Assembly (NCBI GenBank): GCA_963623075.1 | Contig: CAVFJZ010000005.1 | Location: 7,713 to 71,712, forward strand | Length of the DNA: 64,000 nt | Direction of reading: 5' to 3' | Source of the DNA: Bacteroidaceae bacterium | Lineage (GTDB): Bacteria > Bacillota > Clostridia > Oscillospirales > Acutalibacteraceae | In this document: positions 38,954 to 48,383 of the stretch, one piece after another | How the letters are laid out: each line of letters opens with the position of its first letter | Numbering within the stretch: the stretch's first letter is position 1 | Translations under genes and position numbers: made by a program | The notes under the pieces: model-generated | The model's database searches: none | What the model was told of the DNA's origin: nothing | The model's input: only the letters and a program-made list of their open reading frames with translations

Positions 38954-38996
38954 TTTAAAACATCCCATTCAAACAAAAGTAATAAACACACACAGG

Positions 38997-39026
38997 AAGA
39001 GGGCAGCCGAAAGGCTGTCCTTTTTC
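38997..39026 (+). terminator. Terminator after paralogue B
   Basis: GGGCAGCC-GAAA-GGCTGTCC followed by TTTTT. Confidence 0.65.
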
Positions 39027-39134
39027 CTTTCCGTTTTCCAAAAGACTATACTTTCGTATAAAGGAAATTACCGGATAAATTGATACAATGAACAAGTAAG
39101 AATAACCACGTGAAGTTTTTTGGAGGAAAAGCAC

Positions 39135-40256
39135 ATGAAGAAAAAACTATTTGGCATTTTACTTGCTCTTAGCATGATTCTCTGCCTATTCCCCGTTGTG
39201 GCACTGGCAGAAGAAGACGAAAACCCATATCCAAGTCCGGGACAACCGATTTCTCTTAAAATCACTCAAATTGCGGCAACTATAACCGCACCGAAATTGG
39301 GACAAGCTCCGGATTATAACCCGGTCCTTACCGCAGATCAGGAAAATAGCGTAGAATTGGATAGTGTGACCTGGTACAAAATTGCCGTGGAAGACTTTAC
39401 CGGCACGTATGACGATGACTGGGCTTCAATGGAAGAGGACGAAGTCTTTGAAACCGGATATTACTACTCGTCGGACATATATGTGGAGCCGCTAGAAGGA
39501 TATGCCTTTTCAGAATCTATCACCGGCACTATAAATGGATTCCCGCACGATAGCACTTATGGAGACATCTACGCTAGATCCTATGTCTATTTGTCTCATG
39601 TTTTTGATCCGCTATATGAAATTACCACCTATGAAATTCCATTCACCAAGGTGGTAAAGCAAGGCGGAAGCATTGCTCCCGGTCAAGAAACCTTTACTCT
39701 GGAACTTTTTGAAATCAGAGCCGGCGATATAGCTGATTTCCCAGACGTCAGCTACACTGCCACCGTCACCACCAATGGTGCCGGTGAGCAAACCGGAAAG
39801 ATTGTCTTTACCGGACCGGAAGACCAACTCTTAGACATTCTGGTTGAAGGTTTCATGGTTCGTGAGCAAAAGGGTTCTGCAGAAGGTTGGACCTATTCAG
39901 ATGCTGTATGGGGCGCACATGCTATCTTAAGTCGGGACTTTAATTGGCCAGAGTTAAAATTTGATCGGATTGTTTTCTATCCTGCTACTGACGAAAGTGC
40001 CATTACTGACAAGATGACCTTTGAAAACACTTATACCGCCAATCCGGCAGTAGAAGAACCGACAGAAACGCCAACAGAGGCACCAACTACAGCACCAACT
40101 GAGGCACCGAAGCCGGTTAAAAAAGCGAATTCTGTAAAGACAGACGACCCAAACAACTCAAGTAATATTGCGCTTTGGCTTTCGGTACTGTTTGTCGGTG
40201 GCGCAGGACTTGTAAAGATTATCAGCAAAAGGAAAGAACTGGCTGAAAAATATTAA
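39135..40256 (+). CDS. Cell-surface pilin/adhesin-like protein with C-terminal sorting-signal-like tail
   Basis: Signal peptide, then a Spy0128-like pilin-domain signature (IPFTKVVKQGG...TFTLELFEI...MTFENTYTA) and a Pro/Thr/Glu linker. The tail has SVKTD, a hydrophobic helix and KRKELAEKY. Confidence 0.65.
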   Translation: MKKKLFGILLALSMILCLFPVVALAEEDENPYPSPGQPISLKITQIAATITAPKLGQAPDYNPVLTADQENSVELDSVTWYKIAVEDFTGTYDDDWASMEEDEVFETGYYYSSDIYVEPLEGYAFSESITGTINGFPHDSTYGDIYARSYVYLSHVFDPLYEITTYEIPFTKVVKQGGSIAPGQETFTLELFEIRAGDIADFPDVSYTATVTTNGAGEQTGKIVFTGPEDQLLDILVEGFMVREQKGSAEGWTYSDAVWGAHAILSRDFNWPELKFDRIVFYPATDESAITDKMTFENTYTANPAVEEPTETPTEAPTTAPTEAPKPVKKANSVKTDDPNNSSNIALWLSVLFVGGAGLVKIISKRKELAEKY

Positions 40257-40291
40257 TGCCACAAGCGCCCATAAAAAGGACCATCTATAAG

Positions 40292-40324
40292 AAAAGAGGA
40301 CAGCTACTTAGGCTGTCCTCTTTT
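40292..40324. terminator. Bidirectional terminator
   Basis: AAAAGAGGACAGC-TACTTA-GGCTGTCCTCTTTT. Confidence 0.7.
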
Positions 40325-40344
40325 ATATCTTCTTATTTTTATTC

Positions 40345-41724
40345 TTAGCTTTCCGGCTTTCCTGTGGCATCCGGAATGGTATCTGTTTCAAATCCTTCTG
40401 TAGATTCCTTCATGAAAAGAACTTTGACAGTTTGGAAAATTAACTGCAGATCTGTGCTGACAGAGTACTTTTCAATATAGTCTAAATCCAGCTTCAGCTT
40501 ATCATAAGCGGTGGTGTTGTATTTGCCATAAATCTGGGCATACCCGGTTAAGCCGGCCTTTACCTTTAAGCGATATTTGAATTCCGGAATTTCCTCTGTA
40601 TATTTGGCCACGTGTTCCACGCGTTCAGGACGCGGACCGACAACAGACATTTCGCCCTTTAAAATATTGAAGATTTGCGGCATTTCGTCAAAGCGGGTGG
40701 CTCGGATAATCCGGCCCACCTTGGTAATGCGGTCATCGTCATTTTCGGCCGGATGGGCCTTGCCGTCCGCTTCCGCGTCCACAATCATGGAGCGGAACTT
40801 AATAATCCGAAAGACCTTGCCATCTTTGGTAACGCGGTCCTGACGGAAGAATACGGGGCCACCGTCTTCCAGCTTAATGCAAATGGCTACAATGACCATT
40901 AACCAACCGGTTACAATCAAGCCAACTAAAGCAACAATAATATCTATTATCCGTTTAAATACACGCTGTTCAAAAGACAATCCACTGTTGCGGCACAAAT
41001 TTAGCGGCGTATCAAACAAATGCACTTCTTCTGAACCACTTAAAATAATGTCTGACAGCTTTGGAGTAACATAGGTCAGCTTTCCCTGTGCATAACAATA
41101 TTTTAAAATGTCATTGCGCAAAGAGCCCTGGATATCGCAAATAATGGCTCCGTCATATTCGTCTATCCGCTCTTTAATATAATCCAGTCCTTGTTCTACA
41201 TCTATGGCCTGACAGATATGGAACTGATCATCCCGAACAGACATTTTCCGTACCAAGTTAGTGGCGGAGTGATACGAATAAATAACCACCAGATTACGAG
41301 GCGGATACAACTTATTATACAGATAAGAGCCAAGATAAGCCCAAATAATAATAATGCCCATCTGCACAACAAACAGTAATAATAGCGGCACTATGGCCAC
41401 CATTTTACGGGCAATCAGAGACATAACAAAGTACATTACTACATCTACAATGGCGGTAGACAGGCCCTGTGAGTAAACAATATTGCCTACCTTATACTGA
41501 TCTATCTTCAAGGCACCATAAATGCGAGAAAACAGATATTGCAACACAAAGTACAAAACAATAATTAAGTAGTTACCTCTGCGGTCAAAGGCCCAGATAA
41601 TACCGACATTGAAGTACTTAATCCAGGCGTACGCAAAGGCTACCGTCAAGGATGCCAGAATGGAAATAACTAGGAAGAACATGATCATCTTGCGAAATTC
41701 TTCCCGATTTGGTTTCGTCTTCAT
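40345..41724 (-). CDS. Polyprenyl-phosphate hexose-1-phosphate transferase (WbaP/EpsL-type bacterial sugar transferase)
   Basis: N-terminal TM bundle and a C-terminal sugar transferase domain (PVFFRQDRVTKDGKVFRIIKFRSM...DEMPQIFNILKGEMSVVGPRP). Confidence 0.88.
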   Translation of the reverse strand: MKTKPNREEFRKMIMFFLVISILASLTVAFAYAWIKYFNVGIIWAFDRRGNYLIIVLYFVLQYLFSRIYGALKIDQYKVGNIVYSQGLSTAIVDVVMYFVMSLIARKMVAIVPLLLLFVVQMGIIIIWAYLGSYLYNKLYPPRNLVVIYSYHSATNLVRKMSVRDDQFHICQAIDVEQGLDYIKERIDEYDGAIICDIQGSLRNDILKYCYAQGKLTYVTPKLSDIILSGSEEVHLFDTPLNLCRNSGLSFEQRVFKRIIDIIVALVGLIVTGWLMVIVAICIKLEDGGPVFFRQDRVTKDGKVFRIIKFRSMIVDAEADGKAHPAENDDDRITKVGRIIRATRFDEMPQIFNILKGEMSVVGPRPERVEHVAKYTEEIPEFKYRLKVKAGLTGYAQIYGKYNTTAYDKLKLDLDYIEKYSVSTDLQLIFQTVKVLFMKESTEGFETDTIPDATGKPES

Positions 41725-41730
41725 ATTTGT

Positions 41731-42339
41731 TTAACCTCCGTGGCTACAGAATTCACAGCCGCAATAATCTTGGCGATACAGCCCGTGTTCTTTAGAAAGC
41801 ACAATAGAACGTTTGTAGCCGTCTTTCTTCTTAAAGTCTGATGGCAAGAATGGAACTCCGTACTGGTCCCCTAAACGCTGCCCGATGACATTCAGAAGGG
41901 CAGCATTTTTGTAGGGGCTGACGGAAAGCGTGGTGCAGTACCAGTCAAAGCCTCCGGCTTTGGCGTAGATTGCTGCACCGCGCAACCGCTGTTCATAACA
42001 GACATGGCAGCGGTTACCGCCTTCCGGTTCCCGTTCCAAACCTGCAATTTTTTGCAGGTATTCTTCGTGATGATACTCCCCTTCTACAAAGGAAATGGCG
42101 GAACCGGCTGCGTTCATTTCTGTTATGAGCCGCTGCTGCTCTGCCTTGCGGTGGAGATATTCCTCTGCCGGAGCAATGCACGGATTATAGTAAAATACGG
42201 TTAAATTAAACCAGGGTTCCAAATATTCCAGTACGTAACTGGAACAAGGTCCACAGCAACTGTGGAGCAGCAGCCGCGGCTTGTCCGTCAGCCCCGCCAA
42301 CACTTGCTCCAATTGCTTCTGGTAATTTATTTTTTCCAT
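41731..42339 (-). CDS. queH: Epoxyqueuosine reductase QueH
   Basis: LLLHSCCGPCSSYVLEYL motif (DUF208/QueH), 202 aa. Confidence 0.88.
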   Translation of the reverse strand: MEKINYQKQLEQVLAGLTDKPRLLLHSCCGPCSSYVLEYLEPWFNLTVFYYNPCIAPAEEYLHRKAEQQRLITEMNAAGSAISFVEGEYHHEEYLQKIAGLEREPEGGNRCHVCYEQRLRGAAIYAKAGGFDWYCTTLSVSPYKNAALLNVIGQRLGDQYGVPFLPSDFKKKDGYKRSIVLSKEHGLYRQDYCGCEFCSHGG

Positions 42340-43361
42340 TACCCTTTTTCCTCCAGGCTTTTGTACAAAGCCAGCGTAGTAGCCGCTCTTTCCTTCAGTT
42401 TTTCTTTCATTCCCGGAGGATTCAGTATCAGCATTTTGTCCCCAAACTGATTAACCCAGTTCAGGAATCCTTCTGAGTCAGAGGCATGCACCTTTGCCAC
42501 AAACCGATCTCCTTTCCGAAAGGAAATAGGCGTAGTTTGACCAAAGCGATCCTTTACCTCATCCAAGAGCAAATTGCTGCACAGGAGTTCCACCTTAACC
42601 GACTTTCCGGAGAATCCGTTAAAGTTCTGTTCAATGTAATCTACCACATCAAAGCCATCTGTATAATTGCTAAATTCAGCGCAATCCCGTGCAGGCTCCT
42701 CTAAAATTTCCACACCCACAATCCGATCTACCCGAATCTGCATGAAGTTGTCATGAGTTTCTCTGTTGCAAATGGCATAATAACGATCATTAGACCAGAT
42801 TAAAGCATACGGTGTCAAGGTAAATATTCTTTTTTCGCGATGCGGTGCTTCTCCGGACACATAGCGGAACTTATAATAACTCAGCCGTACTTTTTTCTTT
42901 TGGCTGATAGCCTCTGCCAAATCATTAATGTAGTAATATGTCTTACTATTTGTGGTTTTGGTGTTTGCACTAAAGAACACCGACTCCTGTAAGAATTTCT
43001 GATCATAGACACTGAAATCTGACAGAATTTTTTCTGTCAGTGCCGTTGTTTTTTCAGCAGTAATAAATCCGGCAGAGCGAACCGCATCAATCAGCAGCCG
43101 AGCTTCCGGCAATTCAAATTTTCTGGAGCCAAGGAATACACCCTTTTTACCGGAAGAAACTTTTACAATATCATATCCGTATTCCTGCAATGCGCTCAAA
43201 TCTGTATAAATAGATTTTCGTTCTGCCTTAATTCCGGCTCGTTTTACCAACTGTGCAATAATTTTGTCAGAATTCAAAGGATGGCTTTCATCTGTTAAAT
43301 CCTTCAGAATATCCACCAAATATAAGAGTTTCAATTTGGTCTTTCTTTTTTCGTTATTCAT
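42339..43361 (-). CDS. HTH-WYL domain transcriptional regulator
   Basis: N-terminal winged-HTH (KLLYLVDILKDLTDESHPL) and a WYL-type core (LTPYALIWSNDRYYAICN). Confidence 0.8.
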   Translation of the reverse strand: MNNEKRKTKLKLLYLVDILKDLTDESHPLNSDKIIAQLVKRAGIKAERKSIYTDLSALQEYGYDIVKVSSGKKGVFLGSRKFELPEARLLIDAVRSAGFITAEKTTALTEKILSDFSVYDQKFLQESVFFSANTKTTNSKTYYYINDLAEAISQKKKVRLSYYKFRYVSGEAPHREKRIFTLTPYALIWSNDRYYAICNRETHDNFMQIRVDRIVGVEILEEPARDCAEFSNYTDGFDVVDYIEQNFNGFSGKSVKVELLCSNLLLDEVKDRFGQTTPISFRKGDRFVAKVHASDSEGFLNWVNQFGDKMLILNPPGMKEKLKERAATTLALYKSLEEKG

Positions 43362-43472
43362 CCTGTCACCCCCAGATTAATTTACCTATCCTAACTCTAC
43401 CACCACGGAACTTTATTGTCCATTCTTTCGGACATTGCTTTATGTTATAATAGCCACGATGGGAGATTTACT

Positions 43473-44012
43473 ATGTTAGAACAACTACTGGAAAACCTGG
43501 ATACGCAAGAAGACAAACTCAGCTTTACCAAAATCTACAAGAAATACGAACAAATTATTTTGAAGGTTTCCTACAAGTCCTTGGATAACCCTGCATTTTT
43601 AGAAGATTGTATTCAGGAAACGTTTCTTCAACTAATCCCAGTTTATTCTACCTTTCTTGGTTTAAAGGAACCTCAACAGAAGAACTATTTAATTACTATT
43701 TGCAAACGATGTGCTTATAAACTAAACAATAAAGAACCTTCATCTTCTTTAGAAGATGTACCAGAAAAAGAACTGTATCGCTTGGAGGAAGCGTCTTTTA
43801 CCAACTATAGTCAGACAGAATTAGTTATGGTCATTAAGACCTTAAACGAAAAGTACAGTCTTCCGCTTTTATTAAAATATGCAGATGGATATACCAATGC
43901 AGAAATTGCCGAATTACTCGACATTCCCGAAAATTTGGTAGCACAGCGGATCCGCCGCGGAAAAGAAAAGATCCGTCAAATCTTAATAGAAGGTGACTCT
44001 CATGACAGATGA
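43473..44012 (+). CDS. Sigma-70 family (ECF-like) RNA polymerase sigma factor
   Basis: Region 2 (EDCIQETFLQL) and region 4 HTH (YADGYTNAEIAELLDIPENLVAQRIRRGKEKI). GGGAG lies before the ATG at 43473. Confidence 0.8.
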   Translation: MLEQLLENLDTQEDKLSFTKIYKKYEQIILKVSYKSLDNPAFLEDCIQETFLQLIPVYSTFLGLKEPQQKNYLITICKRCAYKLNNKEPSSSLEDVPEKELYRLEEASFTNYSQTELVMVIKTLNEKYSLPLLLKYADGYTNAEIAELLDIPENLVAQRIRRGKEKIRQILIEGDSHDR

Positions 44013-44652
44013 TCTGCTTTTAAGAAAAGCTTGTGTAGAAGCAAAGCACCAATTGTTGGAAGAAGAACTCCAATATCTGAATCAGCAGGCAGATGTGATA
44101 TTGCCTGCGGCCAAGCGAAGAAGAATTTTAAAATCTTTAAGTCAGTTAAATGTACAACAAAAAAAACCTACATCAGTTCAGCATACCACCAGCCTCAAAA
44201 AGAATCTGAAAATGGGGTTGCTGATTGCTGTTCTCTTGGTTTTGTCAACCATTGCCGTTGTTGCCATCTCGCATGACTCTCTCATAATCAGCTTCTCTTC
44301 AACTGCGCAAACAGATTCTGTTGCATCAACTTTTACGCCACCGGATGGATTTGATTTGGCAAAAGAAGAAATGGGTAACACCAAACAAGAAGTCCTCTTC
44401 TTAAATGACAAAAACGAATTCATACGGATTACTACACAAAAAGTCGGACAAGAACATACGTTCAGCGTATCGGACTCTGTTCCCACCCAGATTATGATTG
44501 ACGGACATACCGGATACTATGTTATAGAGGATAATTACATTACTTTGCTCTGGTGCACCGGCCAATATGAACATATTATTTGGGCGCCTTTAACCAGTAA
44601 TTTCACAGTAGATAACGCCATCCAACTTGCTCTCTCCCGAACAGAGAAATAG
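44002..44652 (+). CDS. Anti-sigma factor-like membrane protein with DUF4367-like extracytoplasmic domain
   Basis: Overlaps the sigma gene by 11 nt. One TM helix (LLIAVLLVLSTIAVVAI) and a C-terminal domain typical of clostridial anti-sigma partners. Confidence 0.6.
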   Translation: MTDDLLLRKACVEAKHQLLEEELQYLNQQADVILPAAKRRRILKSLSQLNVQQKKPTSVQHTTSLKKNLKMGLLIAVLLVLSTIAVVAISHDSLIISFSSTAQTDSVASTFTPPDGFDLAKEEMGNTKQEVLFLNDKNEFIRITTQKVGQEHTFSVSDSVPTQIMIDGHTGYYVIEDNYITLLWCTGQYEHIIWAPLTSNFTVDNAIQLALSRTEK

Positions 44653-44711
44653 ACAAAGAAAAGAAGCCGCAATTGCAACGCGAAGTTACAATTGCGGCTT
44701 CTTCGTTTAAT

Positions 44712-45119
44712 CTAATATCCACCGTCTACATATTTCCAGGTAGTATCGATTTTCGTTTTTGCCAAAATAAACATCCAATCCTGACAGGTGGTTCCGGCTT
44801 CAAATGGAGTAAATGGCGGAACTTCATTGGCAACTATAATATTCCCTTTCAAGACCATTATTTTATCATATTTTTCTGTTCCCCAGCTGCCTTTCCTATT
44901 TTTCTTATAAAACTCCTTTGTTGCCTCCTGATCATAATGTAGTCCGTCAAGGCTAAAATAAGATTCATAAAATTTATCTTCTGCCACCTGCTTGGCCTCT
45001 GCAATCTCCATATCAGAATAATTTACCTGCGGTTTGCAAATCAACGCCACAATAGTAACCGCTATTGCCACCACCAAAAAGATAACCAGAAGCAACCGTA
45101 AATAAAACTTTTTCTTCAC
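44712..45119 (-). CDS. Membrane-anchored hypothetical protein
   Basis: N-terminal TM helix. ATGA coupling with the upstream lipoprotein gene. Confidence 0.55.
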   Translation of the reverse strand: MKKKFYLRLLLVIFLVVAIAVTIVALICKPQVNYSDMEIAEAKQVAEDKFYESYFSLDGLHYDQEATKEFYKKNRKGSWGTEKYDKIMVLKGNIIVANEVPPFTPFEAGTTCQDWMFILAKTKIDTTWKYVDGGY

Positions 45120-45424
45120 AAGAAACCCCCTTTACACTTCTGTTCTGGAATTTGCCACTCATGCCCTGTAGAAGGGCACTCTGAAGATGAGTCCTTCTCT
45201 TTACTGGTGATACGTATAAACTCACCTGCATCATTAATCATAACAAGGTCTTGCTCTGCAGTTCTACACTCATCTTTCACAATACTATACCCAGATGGCG
45301 ACGTAAAACTGGCTCGCAAAGAATCTTGGGAAGCTTCCGCTTGACCATCCTTGCAACCAGAAAGATCAAAGAGCAAGGTTACCGTACAAACTAGAAGAAT
45401 TGATGACTTTAGAATTGGCATCAT
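45116..45424 (-). CDS. Small lipoprotein resembling the N-terminal part of a DUF4367 domain (truncated paralogue of 44002-44652)
   Basis: Lipobox FDLSGC. SFTSPSGYSIVKDE...LVMINDAGEFIRITSKE parallels TFTPPDGFDLAKEE...VLFLNDKNEFIRITTQK. Confidence 0.55.
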   Translation of the reverse strand: MMPILKSSILLVCTVTLLFDLSGCKDGQAEASQDSLRASFTSPSGYSIVKDECRTAEQDLVMINDAGEFIRITSKEKDSSSECPSTGHEWQIPEQKCKGGFL

Positions 45425-45442
45425 TTTCTCTTCCTCATCTAG

Positions 45443-46582
45443 TTAATAAACACGAAATGACTTTGGATAATAAGCTCTTTTATTACCAGAATATTCCTTA
45501 GCATAGCGAAATGCATTCGATGTATGTTGAGCAAACTTACCAGAAGATCCATCAACACAGATTACAGTATGATCGTACGTGCCATCTTTATCAAAGTCAA
45601 TCTGCATAACATCACCAGTTTTTATTGCGCTGATTGCAATTTTTGAAACTCTTGGTCCTGGCTGACCGGTTTTCGACGACGTCATGTAATTCCAGTGAGC
45701 TGAGACACCTTCCCAACTAGAACTTCCTCCTCCAGGACCCGCATACCACCCAGTGGAATAACTACTTGTTGTTACCATTCGATAAGAGGAAAAATCTCTA
45801 TAGCTTGATTTTGATCCAAAGCCATAAGAAACAGCCTGTGAAACAAAATTAGTGCAATCTCTGCTACTAGAATAGAACTTTGAATTTCCATTTTTGCAAA
45901 AAGCCTTTGCATAGGCAGCGGCGCGGGCCGCGGAATATGAATAATCCGTATACGGATACGCCATTAAATCATCCGATTCCTTTACCTGTATGTTAGTTGC
46001 TTCAGCATAGTTTTGCTGCACAAGCTCTTTATTAATAGAATCTATATCCAGTACAACCTCTTGAGACAAGGACTTCTCATACAAGATAATATCATCATAA
46101 ACGTGACCAGTTATTTTCCACTGACTCCCTATCTTCTCGAGACTAAATACATTGGTTCCCAATGAAATGAAGATAGGATAGGTAGGCGTTCCTTCTGTTT
46201 CTCCGGAAAGCGTGACAGAAACAACCGCCTTGGTTTTATTGTCATCGAAAGAAATCTCATCAAAATCATAAAACAGGTCGTATTTTTCTCTGGAATCAAC
46301 TTCTTCCGGTGCCGTTTTTGCGATTTGGCTCCATCTATAAACCGTGCCCTCAAGAGACGTTAAATAATTCTTCATTTGAATAGAGTTTGAGTCTATAAGG
46401 TCATCAAAGCTGTCCAATTCAAGAGTTGCCCAAGAATGATAAGAGCGATCATAATATTCTACAATTGTATTTTGTATAGCCTGCTTATCTTGTACTTCAA
46501 CAGAACTTGCATGGACAGAAAGACTCGTCGTTAATAAAAGCAAAAAGGACATAGAAATTGCGCTAATCTTTTTTACCAGCAT
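45443..46582 (-). CDS. Secreted protein with C-terminal putative amidase (NlpC/P60-like Cys-His) domain
   Basis: Signal peptide. DCTNFVSQAVSYGF (Cys) and GTYDHTVICV (His) match the putative amidase domain pattern. Confidence 0.7.
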   Translation of the reverse strand: MLVKKISAISMSFLLLLTTSLSVHASSVEVQDKQAIQNTIVEYYDRSYHSWATLELDSFDDLIDSNSIQMKNYLTSLEGTVYRWSQIAKTAPEEVDSREKYDLFYDFDEISFDDNKTKAVVSVTLSGETEGTPTYPIFISLGTNVFSLEKIGSQWKITGHVYDDIILYEKSLSQEVVLDIDSINKELVQQNYAEATNIQVKESDDLMAYPYTDYSYSAARAAAYAKAFCKNGNSKFYSSSRDCTNFVSQAVSYGFGSKSSYRDFSSYRMVTTSSYSTGWYAGPGGGSSSWEGVSAHWNYMTSSKTGQPGPRVSKIAISAIKTGDVMQIDFDKDGTYDHTVICVDGSSGKFAQHTSNAFRYAKEYSGNKRAYYPKSFRVY

Positions 46583-46786
46583 AAATATCTCCTTGTTTTT
46601 TAAGCAAACAAATTCAATTATTCGTACTTATCATATGATTATAATTAATCCAAAGGAACCACCCCCATCCTAAACATCCTCTATTTATAAAGTGCAAAAG
46701 AAAGGCAATTTTATGACAAGGGAATAACAAAAAATATGCTAAAATATTTTTAGAAATATTTGTAACAAGTGTCAAAGGAGATTTTC

Positions 46787-47320
46787 ATGGAAGTCAGGAA
46801 AGTTCGGTATTTTAGCAAAGCATATCGGGATGTGGGAAAGCTGTATCGCCAGGCATTTCCATTCAATGAAAGAATGCCGGTCTGGCTTTTACGGGCTACT
46901 GCCTATGAAGAAACCACGGAATTACTGGCTTTTTATGATGACGGAGCTTTTCTGGGACTGGCTCATTTAACGCAGGAAGAAGACACCGTCTTTGTCATCT
47001 TTCTTGCCGTAAATCCGGAATTGCGCGGGAAAGGTAACGGTTCCCGCATTTTAGACTTTTTGAAGAGCACTTATGCCGGGCAGGAACTGTGCCTTTGTAT
47101 AGAGCCACTGGACGAATCCGCCAAGAATTATGCCCAGCGAGTCAGTCGCTTACGTTTTTATGAACGTAACGGATTCCATCTGAGCGGTTATCAGGTTTTT
47201 GATCCATCCGGGCAATATGAACTGCTAAGCACCGCTGAGCTTATAGATGTCACCGGAATGGAGCTGATCTTAAAAAAAGGCAGCTTCGGACCGTTCCATT
47301 GCACAATGGAAAAGAAATAA
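46787..47320 (+). CDS. GNAT family N-acetyltransferase
   Basis: Acetyl-CoA motif LAVNPELRGKGNGSRIL. AAGGAG lies before the ATG at 46787. Confidence 0.8.
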   Translation: MEVRKVRYFSKAYRDVGKLYRQAFPFNERMPVWLLRATAYEETTELLAFYDDGAFLGLAHLTQEEDTVFVIFLAVNPELRGKGNGSRILDFLKSTYAGQELCLCIEPLDESAKNYAQRVSRLRFYERNGFHLSGYQVFDPSGQYELLSTAELIDVTGMELILKKGSFGPFHCTMEKK

Positions 47321-47324
47321 CAGA

Positions 47325-47356
47325 AAAGGACACACCTACTTTGGTGTGTCCTTTTT
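47325..47356. terminator. Bidirectional terminator between the GNAT gene and tRNA-Leu
   Basis: AAAGGACACACC-TACTTT-GGTGTGTCCTTT followed by a T-run. Confidence 0.7.
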
Positions 47357-47359
47357 CTT

Positions 47360-47442
47360 TGGTGCGCCCGGCGGGACTTGAACCCGCACACCGAGGTACA
47401 TGCTCCTAAAACATGCGTGTCTGCCAATTTCACCACAGGCGC
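47360..47442 (-). tRNA. tRNA-Leu (anticodon UAG), CCA encoded
   Basis: Hand-folded on the minus strand. Acceptor GCGCCTG/CGGGCGC, anticodon stem CATGT/GCATG with loop TTTAGGA, a long variable arm, T-arm GCGGG-TTCAAGT-CCCGC, and a 3' ACCA. Confidence 0.88.
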
Positions 47443-47455
47443 ATCTGCTGGGATA

Positions 47456-48382
47456 TTATAGCGAAAAATTCTCCGTCACGCAAGACAGAACCCCGTCCTC
47501 TTTCTCAGTTTCTTTAATTGCTTTGTTCAGGCGATTCAGCACTTCTCTTTTGTTGGCGCTCCATGTGGGCGCCAACAGGATGTTCTTGGGGCCGTCCCCG
47601 GTCAGACGATGGATGACAATGTCTTCAGGAAGGGCTTTTAAGATTTCACACACATAGTGGATATAGGTATCTTCGTCTAATGGGGTGATTCTTCCGGCTC
47701 TGTATTCTTCAGCAAAAGTGGTTCCTTCTAAGATATGGAGCAGTTGCAGTTTCAGGCCCCAGGTGCCCTGCCGGCAGGCATATTGCACCGTGGCCTGCAT
47801 GTCATCCAGCGTTTCCCCGGGGAGGCCCAAAATGACGTGGGTTACTACTTTGATGCCGGCGGCGTTCAAGGCATGCACCGCGTCTGCGTAAACTTCGTTT
47901 GGGTAGCCGCGGCGAATGACCCGAACAGAGTCCGGCTTGGTGGTCTGCAGTCCAAGCTCTATCCAGACCGGCTTCTTGGCCCGGAGATCTGTTAACAGTC
48001 CCATTACCTCCGGGCCAAGGCAGTCCGGTCGAGTGGCAATGGAAAGCACGGCCACCTCGGGTCGGTTGACCGCTTCGGTGTAGAGTGCTTTCAAGCGGTC
48101 AAGGTCTCCATAGGTGCCGGTATAACTCTGAAAATAAGCAATATACCGATCCGCATGGGACTTCCCGGCCACGCGGCGCTTGGCAAAGTCCAGTTGTTGA
48201 TCCAGTGGCCAATCCGCAGGGGCCGCAAAGTCCCCGGATCCGCCTTCTGAACAGAAGGCGCACCCGGAAAAGCCAAGGGACCCGTCCCGATTCGGACAGG
48301 TCCCGGCACCGGACAGAGAAAGCTTATACAGCTTTTCTCCGTATTCTTCTTTTAAATACTGACTTAAAGAATAATATTCCAT
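47456..48382 (-). CDS. TIGR01212-family radical SAM protein
   Basis: LSLSGAGTCPNRDGSLGFSGCAFC motif and 308 aa. Confidence 0.88.
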   Translation of the reverse strand: MEYYSLSQYLKEEYGEKLYKLSLSGAGTCPNRDGSLGFSGCAFCSEGGSGDFAAPADWPLDQQLDFAKRRVAGKSHADRYIAYFQSYTGTYGDLDRLKALYTEAVNRPEVAVLSIATRPDCLGPEVMGLLTDLRAKKPVWIELGLQTTKPDSVRVIRRGYPNEVYADAVHALNAAGIKVVTHVILGLPGETLDDMQATVQYACRQGTWGLKLQLLHILEGTTFAEEYRAGRITPLDEDTYIHYVCEILKALPEDIVIHRLTGDGPKNILLAPTWSANKREVLNRLNKAIKETEKEDGVLSCVTENFSL

Positions 48383-48383
48383 G

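Noticed and set aside
47360-47442. tRNA-Leu as the integration site for the adjacent AT-rich block (42.3-47.3 kb).
   Set aside because: I could not find a direct repeat of the tRNA 3' end (GGTTCAAGTCCCGCCGGGCGCACCA) anywhere in the block, and no integrase is present. The idea cannot be supported from this window.
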